Below are positions 19,877 through 31,137 of a DNA stretch of 64,000 bases, piece after piece. The DNA lies in NCBI GenBank assembly GCA_910577575.1, contig CAJTOG010000005.1:9188-73187 (forward strand), given 5' to 3'. Under the pieces are notes generated by a model. That model saw only the letters and a program-made list of their open reading frames with translations, was not told where the DNA came from and searched no databases. The first letter of the stretch is position 1. The number at the start of each line of letters is the position of its first letter. The translations under genes were made by a program, and so were the position numbers. This DNA is from an uncultured Ruminococcus sp. Its GTDB lineage: Bacteria > Bacillota > Clostridia > Oscillospirales > Ruminococcaceae.

Positions 19877-21094
19877 ATGATGAATATTGCTGTTGCTCAA
19901 TCCGGAGGTCCGACTTGTGCAATTAATGCCTCGCTTGTCGGGGTTTTCAGGGAATCCCTGAAAGAACCGGAAATAGATGCTATTTTTGGTTCAGTGAACG
20001 GTATTGAAGGTATTATAGAAAATCACCTGATTGACATGAAAACCCTTATACGTTCAAATGATGATATAGAACTTCTCAGGCAGACTCCTTCAACTGTTCT
20101 CGGCTCATGCAGGTACAAGCTTCCTGACTGGCATGAAGACGATACGGTTTACAGGAAAATCACAAATACGCTTATACAAAGACAGATAGGTGCATTTTTC
20201 TATATCGGCGGAAATGATTCAATGGATACTGTAAATAAACTTTCTGAATATTTCCGTGAGATTTCCCTTGATATAAAAGTTATCGGCATACCCAAAACCA
20301 TAGACAATGATTTATGCATAACAGACCATACTCCGGGATTTGGCTCTGCTGCAAAATATGTAGCTGCAACAATGCACGAAATTATACGTGACAGTTCTGT
20401 TTATAGTATGCCGTCCGTTACCATAGTTGAAATAATGGGTCGTCATGCCGGCTGGCTTACTGCATCAAGTGCCGTACTTCATGCACTCGGCGAAACTGCC
20501 CCGCATCTGGTATATGTCCCCGAAACCGAATTTTCACTTGAAATATTCATGAAAGATGTCCGTCATGAAATGGCAAAGCACAAAGCAGTAATAGTTGCAG
20601 TTTCAGAAGGTATGGAAGTACCTGACGGAGTTCAGTCTGGAGTTGTTGATAATTTCGGTCACAAATACCTTTCAGGAATAGGCAAGTATCTTGAAGAAGC
20701 TGTACGAAGTGAAATAGGCTGTAAAGTACGTTCAATAGAGCTTAATGTTATGCAGAGATGCTCTTCACATATGTGTTCAAGTACAGACATAAATGAATCG
20801 GAAGCCATAGGTGCAGCAGGCGTAAGACACGCCCTTAACGGTGAAACAGGAAAAGTTATGATTTTCCGCAGAGTAAACAATATGCCGTATACTGTTGTCA
20901 TCGAAACTGCTGATGCCTCTGAAATTGCCAACAAAGAAAAATTTTTACCTGATAACTTTATCACAAAATCGGGTAATAATATAAGTGATACTGCTGTCAG
21001 ATATTTTCTTCCATTAATTCAGGGCGAGCTTAACATAATTATGGACAGAGGTGTTCCAAAACATTTTACCATTAAGGAATCTGTACTTAAATGA
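19877..21094 (+). CDS. pfp: 6-phosphofructokinase, predicted pyrophosphate-dependent
   Basis: PFK family (SGGPTCAINA, IGGNDS, PKTIDND). At the positions equivalent to E. coli PfkA Gly104 and Gly124 it has Asp (GGND) and Lys (PKTIDND), the pair associated with PPi specificity. Confidence 0.8.
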   Translation: MMNIAVAQSGGPTCAINASLVGVFRESLKEPEIDAIFGSVNGIEGIIENHLIDMKTLIRSNDDIELLRQTPSTVLGSCRYKLPDWHEDDTVYRKITNTLIQRQIGAFFYIGGNDSMDTVNKLSEYFREISLDIKVIGIPKTIDNDLCITDHTPGFGSAAKYVAATMHEIIRDSSVYSMPSVTIVEIMGRHAGWLTASSAVLHALGETAPHLVYVPETEFSLEIFMKDVRHEMAKHKAVIVAVSEGMEVPDGVQSGVVDNFGHKYLSGIGKYLEEAVRSEIGCKVRSIELNVMQRCSSHMCSSTDINESEAIGAAGVRHALNGETGKVMIFRRVNNMPYTVVIETADASEIANKEKFLPDNFITKSGNNISDTAVRYFLPLIQGELNIIMDRGVPKHFTIKESVLK

Positions 21095-21113
21095 AATTAG
21101 TTAGGAGTTTATA

Positions 21114-21662
21114 ATGAATATAATTCATGAGCTTGATTTTATGGTGCTTAATTATATCCGTGAGCATCTGAGAAACGGTTTCCTTGACAATATTATGCCA
21201 ATAGTCACAATGCTTGGAAATATGGGAATTTTCTGGGTAGCCGTTGCATTGATTATTTCTGCAAAAGCAAAATATCGCAGATGCAGTATAACCATGCTTA
21301 TTGGTATGATTATGGGAGTAATCATTGGTAATTTAATTATAAAAAATATAATTCAGCGTGACAGACCATGCTGGATAAATGAAATTGAAAATATGCTTAT
21401 TGCCAATCCTCAGGATTTTTCATTTCCGTCAGGTCATACCATGTCAAGTTTTATAGCTTCAACCATACTTTTTCATTATGATAAACGTTTGGGAATACCC
21501 TCTTTCGGAATTGCCATGCTGATAGCATTTTCAAGACTTTATTTATATGTACATTTTCCGAGTGATATAATCGGAGGAGCTTTACTTGGAATAGTAATCG
21601 CTTGTATGACAATTTCAGCCACAGACAGATATATTTTTAATAGATATAAAACAGCACGGTAA
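21114..21662 (+). CDS. PAP2-family phosphatase (undecaprenyl-diphosphatase/BcrC-like)
   Basis: PAP2 motifs KxxxxxxRP (KNIIQRDRP), PSGH and SRLYLYVHFPSD. Multi-TM. Confidence 0.75.
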   Translation: MNIIHELDFMVLNYIREHLRNGFLDNIMPIVTMLGNMGIFWVAVALIISAKAKYRRCSITMLIGMIMGVIIGNLIIKNIIQRDRPCWINEIENMLIANPQDFSFPSGHTMSSFIASTILFHYDKRLGIPSFGIAMLIAFSRLYLYVHFPSDIIGGALLGIVIACMTISATDRYIFNRYKTAR

Positions 21663-21858
21663 CAATTATTTTGTCCTGCTCAATAATCTGAGTAAGATTT
21701 GCTTTTTATAATGAAATATCATTATTTTACTATTTTTGTTATCAAAATAATATACAAATCCACACAAACGATGTATAATAAATATAGTTAATATGACACA
21801 TAGTAAATATTATGATTGTCATAAAACATAAAAAATTTCTAACGAAAGGGTTTTAAAA

Positions 21859-24800
21859 ATGGATAGAAAACATATATTCAGACGCTTTGCTGCTTCTGTT
21901 TCAGCTTTCACACTTATGGCTTCTGCTATGCCTGCTATCCCCTTTGCAGCATTGGCAGCCAGCAATATCAATGTCAACATCATCTCTAATTCAACCTTTG
22001 ATACAGGTACAACTGACTGGGGTATATACAAAGAAAGTGGTGGTGTAGCTACTCTTACAACAGAAGATGGAAAACTTGCTCTTAATGTAACAAATCAGGG
22101 AAAAGTTAATTATGCCGTACAAATGTTCTATGATATCATACCACTTTACAAAAATGGCGTTTATCGTCTTAAGTTTGATATATCTGCTACTCTTCCACGA
22201 TATGTTGAAGCTATGATTCAACAGAACGGCGGTACTTATCAGGCTTATACTTGGAAAGGAATCGATGTTACAACCGAACCGCAGACTATTGACTATGAGT
22301 TCACTATGGAAGAAGAAACCGACATCATGGCCAAAATGTGCTTCAACTGCGGTATTCAGGAATCTGACGGAGAACTTCCCGAACATAAAATTTATCTTGA
22401 TAATGTTTCTCTTGAACTTATTGATGATAGTGATGTTGATTACAGCACAACAGCCAGATATGAAGCTCCGATTATTACAAATCAGATTGGTTACAAACCG
22501 GATGCTAAAAAAATTGCCGTTTTCAGACAGACAGAAGGCGGTGAATTTTCTGTTGTAAATGCTGAAACAGATGAAATTGTTTATACAGGTACCATGGAAG
22601 GACCAAAAAACAATGTTCAGGCTGATGAAACAAACTATACAGGTGATTTTTCGGAAGTAAAAACTGCCGGAAAATACTACATAAAAAGCGAAGGACTTGA
22701 CAATTCATATACTTTTGAAATTGGCGAAGATGTCTACGATAACCTTCTTGATTCAACAGTAAGAATGCTTTATCTCCAGAGATGTGGAACAGAAGTTGTT
22801 GATGATGCATTTGGTCATGTCTCATGCCATGATACCATTGCAACTATCTATGGTACTGATAAGACAATTGAAGTAAACGGTGGCTGGCATGATGCTGGTG
22901 ACTATGGCAGATATGTTGTTGCTGCTGCTAAATCTGTTGCGGACTTGCTTTATGCTTATCAGACAAATCCTTCAATGTACAGCGATAATATAGGAATTCC
23001 GGAAAGCGGAAACAATATTGCTGATATTCTTGACGAAGTACGTTATGAACTTGAATGGATGATGAAAATGCAGGATACTGAAGACGGCGGTGTTTACCAT
23101 AAAGTTACCTGTGATACTTTCCCCGGATATGTAATGCCTGAAAAGGAAACCAAGCCTCTTATCGTTATGCCTAAGTCAACAACTGCAACTGCTGATTTTG
23201 CTGCTTCAATGGCTCTTGCATATGAAATATATAAAGATGTTGATGCTGATTTTGCTGATAAATGCCTTGACGCTGCAAAGAAAGCTTATAACTGGGCAAC
23301 GGAAAATCCGAATGTTACTTATTCAAACCCCGATGATATTGTTACAGGTGAATATGGCGACAGTAAAACTGCTGATGAACTTTATTGGATGGCTGCTCAG
23401 ATGTACCGTGCAACAGGCGATGAAAGCTATATTGAAAATATAGGCAGTGCTAACATTGGTCTTGACTGGTCAACAGTCGGTGATTATGGAAACATTGCTA
23501 TTCTTACAATGAAAGATATTGACAAAACATCTGATATTTACAAAAATGCTCTCACTGCCGTAAAAAAACAGGCTGATAACTTAATAAGCGTATCAGGTAT
23601 TATGCCTTATGGCGTTGCTATTACAAAATATAACTGGGGAAGCAATATGACTATTGCAAATGCAGGTATCATACTTGGTATCATGTATGAACAGACAGGC
23701 GAGGAAAAATATCTTGACGCTGCAAATGCACAGCTTCACTATCTGCTTGGAAGTAATCCGCTCGGAGCAAGCTTTGTAACAGGTTTCGGAACTGTGTCTC
23801 CTGAAGCTCCTCATCATCGTCCGTCAATGGTAGTAGGTAAAGCTATGCCCGGTATGCTGGTAGGCGGAGTAAACTCCAGTCTTGAAGACAGTGCCGCAAA
23901 AGCTTACTGCAAATATTCAGCACCTGCAAAATGCTGGGTAGACAATGCAGAAAGTTACTCAACAAATGAAATCACAATTTATTGGAATTCTCCGCTTACA
24001 TACCTTCTCTCACTTACTGATTTAGCTGAAAAACAGTCAGATGATGATGATGATTTAAAGGTAACCCTTTTAGGCGATGCAAACTGTGATGGCAAGGTAA
24101 CAATTGCTGATGCTACCGCTATAATACAGGCTCTTGGAAATGCTGACGAATATGCACTCAGCAAACAGGGAGCAATAAATGCAGACTGCTGTAATGTAGG
24201 TGACGGAGTAACCGGTATGGATGCCAATGCAATTCAAATGATTGAAGCAAAACTTATAGATTCACTCCCTTATAATACAAATGAAAAGCCTGATGTTCCT
24301 CCTGCTACTACAGAACCGCCCACAACAACTGAAACAACAACATCTTCAATGACAACAACAACAACAACTATTGTAAATACTGATGAAAATAATGAAATTA
24401 AAGATTTTGGTACTCCCATGAATGAAAAAGCAACCGCTGTTGAAGATTTCAGAGACGGCGATTCAAAGCTTTTCTTTGCATCTGATGGCTGGACAAACGG
24501 AAGTATGTTTAATTGTGGCTGGTACGAAAAGAATACATCTCTTGAAAATGGTATGCTCAGCCTTACAATTGACAAAGACCATAGCGGAAATTATAATTAT
24601 TCAGGTGCTGAATACAGGACAAATGACCATTACGGTTATGGATATTATGAAACTTCCATGCAGGCTATAAAAAATGATGGTGTTGTTTCATCCTTCTTTA
24701 CTTACACCGGACCTTCTGAAGATAATCCATGGGATGAAATTGACATTGAAATCCTCGGAAAAGATACAACCAAAGTTCAGTTTAATTATTTTACAAACGG

Positions 24801-25065
24801 CACAGGTAATCATGAATTTATGTATGACCTTGGATTTGATGCTTCAGAAGGATTCCATACATATGGATTTGACTGGCAGCCCGACCATATTACATGGTAT
24901 GTTGATGGTAAGGAAGTCCATACGGCTACAGAAAATATTCCGTCAACCCCCAGCAGAATTATGATGAATGTCTGGCCGGGAACAGGAGTTGATTCATGGC
25001 TTAATGCTTATGACGGAAAAACTCCTCTTACTGCTCACTATCAGTGGGTAACATATAATAAATAA
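21859..25065 (+). CDS. Multidomain cellulosomal glycoside hydrolase: signal peptide, CBM4/9-like module, Ig-like module, GH9 endoglucanase, type-I dockerin, Thr-rich linker, GH16 beta-1,3-1,4-glucanase
   Basis: GH9 motifs [15 protein letters not shown] and [10 protein letters not shown]. Dockerin [14 protein letters not shown]...[11 protein letters not shown] at about 24061-24260. Linker [23 protein letters not shown]16 catalytic motif DEIDIEILG at about 24733-24760. Confidence 0.9.
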   Translation: MDRKHIFRRFAASVSAFTLMASAMPAIPFAALAASNINVNIISNSTFDTGTTDWGIYKESGGVATLTTEDGKLALNVTNQGKVNYAVQMFYDIIPLYKNGVYRLKFDISATLPRYVEAMIQQNGGTYQAYTWKGIDVTTEPQTIDYEFTMEEETDIMAKMCFNCGIQESDGELPEHKIYLDNVSLELIDDSDVDYSTTARYEAPIITNQIGYKPDAKKIAVFRQTEGGEFSVVNAETDEIVYTGTMEGPKNNVQADETNYTGDFSEVKTAGKYYIKSEGLDNSYTFEIGEDVYDNLLDSTVRMLYLQRCGTEVVDDAFGHVSCHDTIATIYGTDKTIEVNGGWHDAGDYGRYVVAAAKSVADLLYAYQTNPSMYSDNIGIPESGNNIADILDEVRYELEWMMKMQDTEDGGVYHKVTCDTFPGYVMPEKETKPLIVMPKSTTATADFAASMALAYEIYKDVDADFADKCLDAAKKAYNWATENPNVTYSNPDDIVTGEYGDSKTADELYWMAAQMYRATGDESYIENIGSANIGLDWSTVGDYGNIAILTMKDIDKTSDIYKNALTAVKKQADNLISVSGIMPYGVAITKYNWGSNMTIANAGIILGIMYEQTGEEKYLDAANAQLHYLLGSNPLGASFVTGFGTVSPEAPHHRPSMVVGKAMPGMLVGGVNSSLEDSAAKAYCKYSAPAKCWVDNAESYSTNEITIYWNSPLTYLLSLTDLAEKQSDDDDDLKVTLLGDANCDGKVTIADATAIIQALGNADEYALSKQGAINADCCNVGDGVTGMDANAIQMIEAKLIDSLPYNTNEKPDVPPATTEPPTTTETTTSSMTTTTTTIVNTDENNEIKDFGTPMNEKATAVEDFRDGDSKLFFASDGWTNGSMFNCGWYEKNTSLENGMLSLTIDKDHSGNYNYSGAEYRTNDHYGYGYYETSMQAIKNDGVVSSFFTYTGPSEDNPWDEIDIEILGKDTTKVQFNYFTNGTGNHEFMYDLGFDASEGFHTYGFDWQPDHITWYVDGKEVHTATENIPSTPSRIMMNVWPGTGVDSWLNAYDGKTPLTAHYQWVTYNK

Positions 25066-25080
25066 GAAATTTTCATAAAT

Positions 25081-25139
25081 CTTGTCCAGTAAAGAAAAAC
25101 ACTCTCTTATTCAGAGAGTGTTTTTCTTTACTGGACAAG
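25081..25139 (+). terminator. Terminator with an unusually long, perfect 26-bp stem
   Basis: CTTGTCCAGTAAAGAAAAACACTCTC-ttattca-GAGAGTGTTTTTCTTTACTGGACAAG followed by ATTTATTTTTT. Confidence 0.75.
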
Positions 25140-25191
25140 ATTTATTTTTTATGATATAATTAAATAAAAATAATTTCAGGAGGAAATCAAT

Positions 25192-25926
25192 ATGAATGAC
25201 AATAACGAAAACTCTATGACATCTCATCTGTTCACTCATAGAGAAGAAGAATTTCAATATGCACCGTTTGACCGTGAAATGTCATTTTATGAAAGTATAT
25301 GTTCCGGAAATATGGAACTTGTTAAAATATATTTCCAGCCTTTATTCTGTGAGGGATGCGGTACTCTAAGCAAAGACCCCCTTCAGAATCTGAAATATCA
25401 TTTTACTATATCAACAGCACTCATAGCAAGATATTGTGTAAACAGCGGAATGACTCCCGAAGAATCCTACAGCCTGAGCGACATATACATCATGAAATCT
25501 GATGAAGCCATAACAGAAGACGAAATCCGTTCCATTCACTATAAAATGATTGAAAATTACACAAGGCAGATGAAACGAATAAGAAGTGAAAATGTTTATT
25601 CAAAAAGAATAGTTCTTGCCATGGATTATATCAGTAAGCATCTGCACAGCCGTATAAAAATCAAAGAAACTGCTGAATATCTGAAAATAAGTCCGGCATA
25701 TCTTTCAAGAGCTTTCAAATCTGAAACGGGTATGACTTTTACTGAATACATCAACCGCAAAAAAATTGAAGAAGCCGCAGGACTTCTTCAATATTCTCAA
25801 TATACAGACCTAGAAATAAGTAATCTTTTCTGTTTTAGCTCACAAAGCTATTTCATAAAAATTTTCAGAAAATATATGGGTATGACACCAAGCGAATACA
25901 AAAAGAATTACAGATTTTCAGGTTGA
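25192..25926 (+). CDS. AraC-family transcriptional regulator
   Basis: C-terminal double HTH (ETAEYLKISPAYLSRAFKSETGMTFTEYIN...FSSQSYFIKIFRKYMGMTPSEYKK). Confidence 0.8.
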   Translation: MNDNNENSMTSHLFTHREEEFQYAPFDREMSFYESICSGNMELVKIYFQPLFCEGCGTLSKDPLQNLKYHFTISTALIARYCVNSGMTPEESYSLSDIYIMKSDEAITEDEIRSIHYKMIENYTRQMKRIRSENVYSKRIVLAMDYISKHLHSRIKIKETAEYLKISPAYLSRAFKSETGMTFTEYINRKKIEEAAGLLQYSQYTDLEISNLFCFSSQSYFIKIFRKYMGMTPSEYKKNYRFSG

Positions 25927-25938
25927 TTTATTCAATCA

Positions 25939-28815
25939 TTAAACTGATTCAATTTGAATATTACGTTTTGAAGCTGAAAGTACTTCCTTTGAACCGATTA
26001 TACAACAATTGCCCTGATTTTTCAAAGATTGAACAGCAGAAAATAAATCTTCATATGTCAGCGACAACATACGTCTGCGGATTTTTTCTCTCTCTTCAAA
26101 ACTTATTCCTCTGAAATAAATCACATCAGCAGCCGAACCGTATTCGCTGTCAGAAATAAGCGGCTCGTTTTTTGCAATACTGCTTATTATATACGAGCTT
26201 ATATCAGGTTTTTCGTTACAATATTTTTCAAGAAATTCTGCTGAATCCTTAAAAACATCAAGTGTTTTGTCAGGTGAAGGGTCACGGAATGAATAGAAAG
26301 CAGTTTCACCAAGTTCATTAACTACCGCTCCTGTTCCATAAGCTCCGCCCTTTACTCTTACTTCATTCCAGAGATATTCATAAGTAAGAATAGTGGAAAG
26401 CACATTCCATACAGCTTTATCAGAGTTCATTTCGGAAAGTACAGCTCCCGAATATGATACACCCGCAGGAATAACAATTCCCTGACATTCCGGAATATCC
26501 ATATTCAAAGCACTGATATTCATTGAATCAGTCATGCATTTTTCACCATCAGGAAAAACATTCAGCAATTCATTAAGAATAACCGCATCAACTGAGGTAA
26601 TGCTTGCCGTAAGACGAGATTTACAGAAAATACGTTCTGAAAGAATTTCGATATTTCTGATAAGCTCCGGAATTTTTTCATCTGACTGTTGCATTAACGC
26701 ATGAAGTATCTTATATGCTTCAAATCCGCATATAAATTCATTCACAGCAGATTCCGCAGACATTCTGCTTTTTGCACGTCTGATTGCAAAACGATGACCT
26801 TCCGCAATTATATTCTGCTTCATTTCTTCATCGTCCTGCATCAATAATTCTTTTATCAGTTCAGGATTATTATAGACTGTTTCAGTGATTATTTCACCTG
26901 CAAGCTTAAATGCATCCAAAAGATTTCTTTCAAGAAAACTCATTTTCACAATAAAGAAAGTTTTGCAGATTTCCGGTGATTCAGCCTTTCCGATTGCTGT
27001 TATATCAGTACAGAAACTTCCTAAAATTCCGGTTATTTTCTGCTGAAGTTCTGCACCCGTACTTTGTTTCGTAGGAAGTTCAGCAATAATCCTCTCTATA
27101 AAAGAAACTGTTTCAAGTTCCTGACGGTTAAAATCCGATATATCAAAATAAAGATTAACTGATATGATACCCTTATTTTTTGCAGGATGATGCAGAATTT
27201 TTATACCATTGCAGACTTCTTCCGTAGTTTTGAATTCAATAGGATTTTCACTGACTTCTGAAAGCGGAAGTATCGGAAGTTTTGCTATATTCTCAGGTGT
27301 ATCAGGTATTTCCTGCCATTTGTCAAGCACATTGTTAAGTTCAATAAGCTCGGATTTTTCTTCAGCGTTCATTGAAGCAAGTTCATTTTCAAGACGTTCC
27401 TGTTCTTTCTTTCTCTGCTCTTCCCCGTAGGTATGGGACGGAAGCATATACAGCAAAGCCCTATGATTTTCATCAAGAAGCCAGTCCGAAAGAAGATTTT
27501 CAAAATATCCTGTATCAATTTTTTCACGCAAAAATTCAAATACATTTTCTGCATCAATATATTTCAGAGGATTTCCTCCGTAAAGCCATGATGACATTGC
27601 ATCAATACAGCGTGTAAGTCCTTTCGGTTCTTCCGATTCTTTGAAACGGAATTCACAGCGATTTATTGATGCAGAAAGAATATCTCCATCAATTCCATTT
27701 TCAGTTAAATCTTTTACTGCTGATTTCACTGCATCAAGAATTTTTCCGCCGTCTTTTCTGTCAATATTATTAATTTTCAGTATACCGAATGGTTGTGCTA
27801 TATCCTTAGAAAAGACAAGTTCCATATCACGGCATAAACCTGTATCAAGAATAGCACGTTTCAACGGTGCGTCATTTGAACCTGCCAATGCTTCACACAA
27901 AATATCATACGCAAAAATTTTTTCACGTTCCTCCCATGAGGCAAGAACTTTTCCGACTGTCAGATAAGCACGGCTTTCTTTCGTCTCGTCGGAGGAAATT
28001 TCATAATATTCTGTTTCCTCTGTTGAATCAATAGAATTCTGAAAAGGTATTTCCGGAATCTGACTGCTTTTTTCATATTCACAAAGGTAACTGTCTATCA
28101 GTTCAAGAACTGCATCAATATCAATATTTCCATCAAGATAAATATATGAATTTGATGGATGATAAAAACGTCTGTGAGTGTCAACAAACTGTTTATAGGT
28201 AAGCTCAGGTATAGCTTCGGGAAGTCCGCCGTATTCAAATCTGTAACAGCTTTCTGGAAAAAGCATACCCATAATTTTCGATTCAATACGCTCATGAACA
28301 GATGAAACAACACCTTTCATTTCATTGAAAACAACACCTTTATAAACAGGTGTATCATCAGTTTTCCTGTATTCAGTATGATGACCTTCCTGATAGAAAA
28401 TACATGGATTTGTATAAATTTCAGGTTTAAAAACTGCATCAAGATAAACTCTTGTAAGGTTCATGAAATCGGTATTATTACGGCTTGAAATCGGAAACAT
28501 AGTCTTGTCGGGGAAAGTCATGGCATTAAGAAAAGTATTCATTGAACTTTTGAGCATATACAGAAAAGGTTCTTTAACAGGATAATTTTCTGAACCGCCG
28601 AGAACAGAATGTTCAAGAATATGGAAAACACCAGTGTCATCTTCTGGTACTGTCTTGAATGAAACCGAAAAAAGTTTGTTTTCTTCATTATTGTTCAGCC
28701 ATGCAAGTCTTGCACCTGTTTTTTCATGGCACATTTCAATCAGTTCAGCTTCAAGCGATTTAACAGACTGAATATTTACAACTTCAAATCCGCATATTTT
28801 ATCATTAACCTTCAT
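25939..28815 (-). CDS. M16C (PreP-like) insulinase-family zinc metallopeptidase
   Basis: Inverted zinc motif HILEHSV and a downstream NAMTFPD/E segment. About 960 aa in four domains, typical of M16C. Confidence 0.85.
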   Translation of the reverse strand: MKVNDKICGFEVVNIQSVKSLEAELIEMCHEKTGARLAWLNNNEENKLFSVSFKTVPEDDTGVFHILEHSVLGGSENYPVKEPFLYMLKSSMNTFLNAMTFPDKTMFPISSRNNTDFMNLTRVYLDAVFKPEIYTNPCIFYQEGHHTEYRKTDDTPVYKGVVFNEMKGVVSSVHERIESKIMGMLFPESCYRFEYGGLPEAIPELTYKQFVDTHRRFYHPSNSYIYLDGNIDIDAVLELIDSYLCEYEKSSQIPEIPFQNSIDSTEETEYYEISSDETKESRAYLTVGKVLASWEEREKIFAYDILCEALAGSNDAPLKRAILDTGLCRDMELVFSKDIAQPFGILKINNIDRKDGGKILDAVKSAVKDLTENGIDGDILSASINRCEFRFKESEEPKGLTRCIDAMSSWLYGGNPLKYIDAENVFEFLREKIDTGYFENLLSDWLLDENHRALLYMLPSHTYGEEQRKKEQERLENELASMNAEEKSELIELNNVLDKWQEIPDTPENIAKLPILPLSEVSENPIEFKTTEEVCNGIKILHHPAKNKGIISVNLYFDISDFNRQELETVSFIERIIAELPTKQSTGAELQQKITGILGSFCTDITAIGKAESPEICKTFFIVKMSFLERNLLDAFKLAGEIITETVYNNPELIKELLMQDDEEMKQNIIAEGHRFAIRRAKSRMSAESAVNEFICGFEAYKILHALMQQSDEKIPELIRNIEILSERIFCKSRLTASITSVDAVILNELLNVFPDGEKCMTDSMNISALNMDIPECQGIVIPAGVSYSGAVLSEMNSDKAVWNVLSTILTYEYLWNEVRVKGGAYGTGAVVNELGETAFYSFRDPSPDKTLDVFKDSAEFLEKYCNEKPDISSYIISSIAKNEPLISDSEYGSAADVIYFRGISFEEREKIRRRMLSLTYEDLFSAVQSLKNQGNCCIIGSKEVLSASKRNIQIESV

Positions 28816-28832
28816 AAATCACACTCCGTAAA

Positions 28833-29708
28833 TTATTTTGCTGACATAAACTTTTCAAATGAATCTTCACCGCCTGTTGATGCATAAGAATAATATTCAA
28901 GTATATTTGAAGCATCAGTTGCATCAATAAAAGAATCTTTATCAGTATCTGCTTCCAGTTTCTGTTTTTCAGTAAATGAATATTCCCCGCTGGTTGAAAG
29001 CAGTGAATATTCAGCAAGTACATCGGAAGCATCAGAAGCATTGACCATACCGTCTCTGTTCAGGTCACCCATAGCAACATCATCAAGATGAACAGCTATA
29101 GTTTTTGTTGTTCCGCTCTGAGAAGTAATATCCCATTCATTCTTCGAAAATTCATCATCAACAGTAAATGTATAATTATATTTTATATAGCTGTCCGGAT
29201 TATCATTACCATCAGGTACTGTAACCTCATCAGTAAAAGCAGTTGATTTAATATCATATTTTCCGCCTTTAAGTGCGACACTTACAGTATATGTTCGATA
29301 ATCTGATTCAGTGTTATCTCTTCCTTCAACAGCGAATGAATAAAATTCTCCGCCCTTGAGATTTGCTATATAATATGGCTCATCTGTAACTTCCGGAGAA
29401 TCAAAAGTTATTGCAACATCCGCAGTGACATTCTCCGGAATATTTACTATTATTTCACCGTTGACATCATTTTCATCAAATTCATCATAAACAGGCTTTA
29501 AAGACTGTTCTGATGAGGAAACTGATTTAGTTGTCACTGTAATTTCAGTTGTTGTTGTCTGTGGTAAAGTTGTTTCCGCTTTCATATTATTATCCGTAAT
29601 AATATCATTAACCTGTATTCTGTCAGAATCCGCATAAGCTTTAAACTGTGCAGGAACTGCTGTTAAAACAAGTACAGTCGCAATGGCCATTATTTTAAAA
29701 TACTTCAT
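28833..29708 (-). CDS. Secreted dockerin-containing protein of unknown function
   Basis: Signal peptide (…PAQFKAYA), Thr-rich linker, an unassigned module of about 170 aa, and a C-terminal dockerin (GDLNRDGMVNASDA...DTDKDSFIDATDA). Confidence 0.75.
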   Translation of the reverse strand: MKYFKIMAIATVLVLTAVPAQFKAYADSDRIQVNDIITDNNMKAETTLPQTTTTEITVTTKSVSSSEQSLKPVYDEFDENDVNGEIIVNIPENVTADVAITFDSPEVTDEPYYIANLKGGEFYSFAVEGRDNTESDYRTYTVSVALKGGKYDIKSTAFTDEVTVPDGNDNPDSYIKYNYTFTVDDEFSKNEWDITSQSGTTKTIAVHLDDVAMGDLNRDGMVNASDASDVLAEYSLLSTSGEYSFTEKQKLEADTDKDSFIDATDASNILEYYSYASTGGEDSFEKFMSAK

Positions 29709-29719
29709 AAATTCTACCT

Positions 29720-31126
29720 CTAATCTTTATAAGTAACAGCTTTTCCGTCAGAATTAACAACTGTCACTCTTATATTGTCAATTATATTTTTATCTGATAT
29801 ATAAAGAGAAAATCCGTTCGCACTGCGTTCTCCCTCATACTTAAGCAGTTTATCTTCAAAACAGTTAAAGGCTTCATAAACAATGCCATTGGATTCAATA
29901 TAAATACTATGACTCTCACCTGAAAAAGCTTCATCAGGAAGAACTCCATAGATATGAATAAATCCGCCTGTTTCCTCTGTTTTTATAATGATTTCATCAT
30001 CAGAAAATTCAGAAGAAATACCTGATATATCTGCAACAGGTGCATTCATAACAGGAGCATACTTCTGCAAATCACCTAAATTTCTTTCGACAATTTCAAG
30101 TATAACTGTTTTTCCGTCAATATTATCAAGACGATAAGGAACAGCCCTTGAAAATTCTGCTGTACCGAAACATTCTGCCATATACGGCAAAATTGCTTCT
30201 CCGTATGAATCACGGAACATAAGCAGACGGCCTTCTGAATTTTCGTTCAATGTATTGATTGTTATATCATCAAGACCACGCAAACGTCCCTGATATGTGT
30301 ATGCAAACTGATAATCATTATATATCTGTGTATCCTTCGCCTTTTCAGCAGGATAAATCATCTCAGCAAGGTCACCCAGCCTGTCGTTTCTTGTATACCA
30401 TCCTGTTCCAGCACTGCACGGCTCTGAACCAATTTTCTCCATTATTGCCGTATGACCTACATATGCACCGAAATTGTTCCAGTGGGTATCAGTTTTATGA
30501 TACAACGAAACATTTTGTTCTTTTTCAAGCAATATATATTTCATATCGAGAAGCACGGATTTCATGTCAAGATAAAAGCTATCATCTGAAAGCTCCACCG
30601 AAAGGAGTTCATAGTTTCCATTCTTATCAACAGGAATATAATTAAAAGGCATATTTTCAGGATAAATTGAATTTTTATTCGGAGCTGAAAAAAATATGAA
30701 CTCTGCATTATTCTTTTTGCAATAATCATTAATCATGCGTAGATTATGAGATATATTACTAACCTCACGCTCATTCAGAGTATTTATATTCAAAAAATCG
30801 TCAGTTGTTTCGCCATAATAAAGCCAGCCATCTTTTCCGGATATAACATCACTGTTCGGAGAAGTTCCCATAAGAGTTGATTTAATTCGCCCATCAGCAT
30901 TTACAAGCTCCTGACGAAATGCGAAATGTTCAGAAAACCATGTATCAAACTCATCGAAAAACTCAAAATTTATTTCTCCGTCTTCTGTTTTAACGGACGG
31001 AAAAGCTGAAATGTCTCTTTTTTCCCTTGATGAATCTGACCTGAAAAACGGCATACATACTGCCGGAATAATGCATATACCGATAAACGCAGCACAATAG
31101 GCTCTATAAATATTTTGTTTTTTCAT
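29720..31126 (-). CDS. AlgJ/AlgX-type (DHHW-like) SGNH-fold O-acyltransferase partner protein, N-terminally membrane-anchored
   Basis: N-terminal TM helix, FFSAPNKNSIYPENMP and the HKTDTHWN motif of AlgJ/AlgX/DHHW proteins. Directly downstream of the MBOAT gene. Confidence 0.7.
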   Translation of the reverse strand: MKKQNIYRAYCAAFIGICIIPAVCMPFFRSDSSREKRDISAFPSVKTEDGEINFEFFDEFDTWFSEHFAFRQELVNADGRIKSTLMGTSPNSDVISGKDGWLYYGETTDDFLNINTLNEREVSNISHNLRMINDYCKKNNAEFIFFSAPNKNSIYPENMPFNYIPVDKNGNYELLSVELSDDSFYLDMKSVLLDMKYILLEKEQNVSLYHKTDTHWNNFGAYVGHTAIMEKIGSEPCSAGTGWYTRNDRLGDLAEMIYPAEKAKDTQIYNDYQFAYTYQGRLRGLDDITINTLNENSEGRLLMFRDSYGEAILPYMAECFGTAEFSRAVPYRLDNIDGKTVILEIVERNLGDLQKYAPVMNAPVADISGISSEFSDDEIIIKTEETGGFIHIYGVLPDEAFSGESHSIYIESNGIVYEAFNCFEDKLLKYEGERSANGFSLYISDKNIIDNIRVTVVNSDGKAVTYKD

Positions 31127-31137
31127 TTAACTGCCCC

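Noticed and set aside
24295-24370. Repetitive ACA/ACT-rich DNA here (also at 52270-52600 and 32990-33200), considered as tandem repeats or a CRISPR-like array
   Set aside because: These are in-frame Thr/Ser/Glu-rich interdomain linkers of secreted proteins. They have no repeat-spacer periodicity, and no cas genes occur anywhere in the window.
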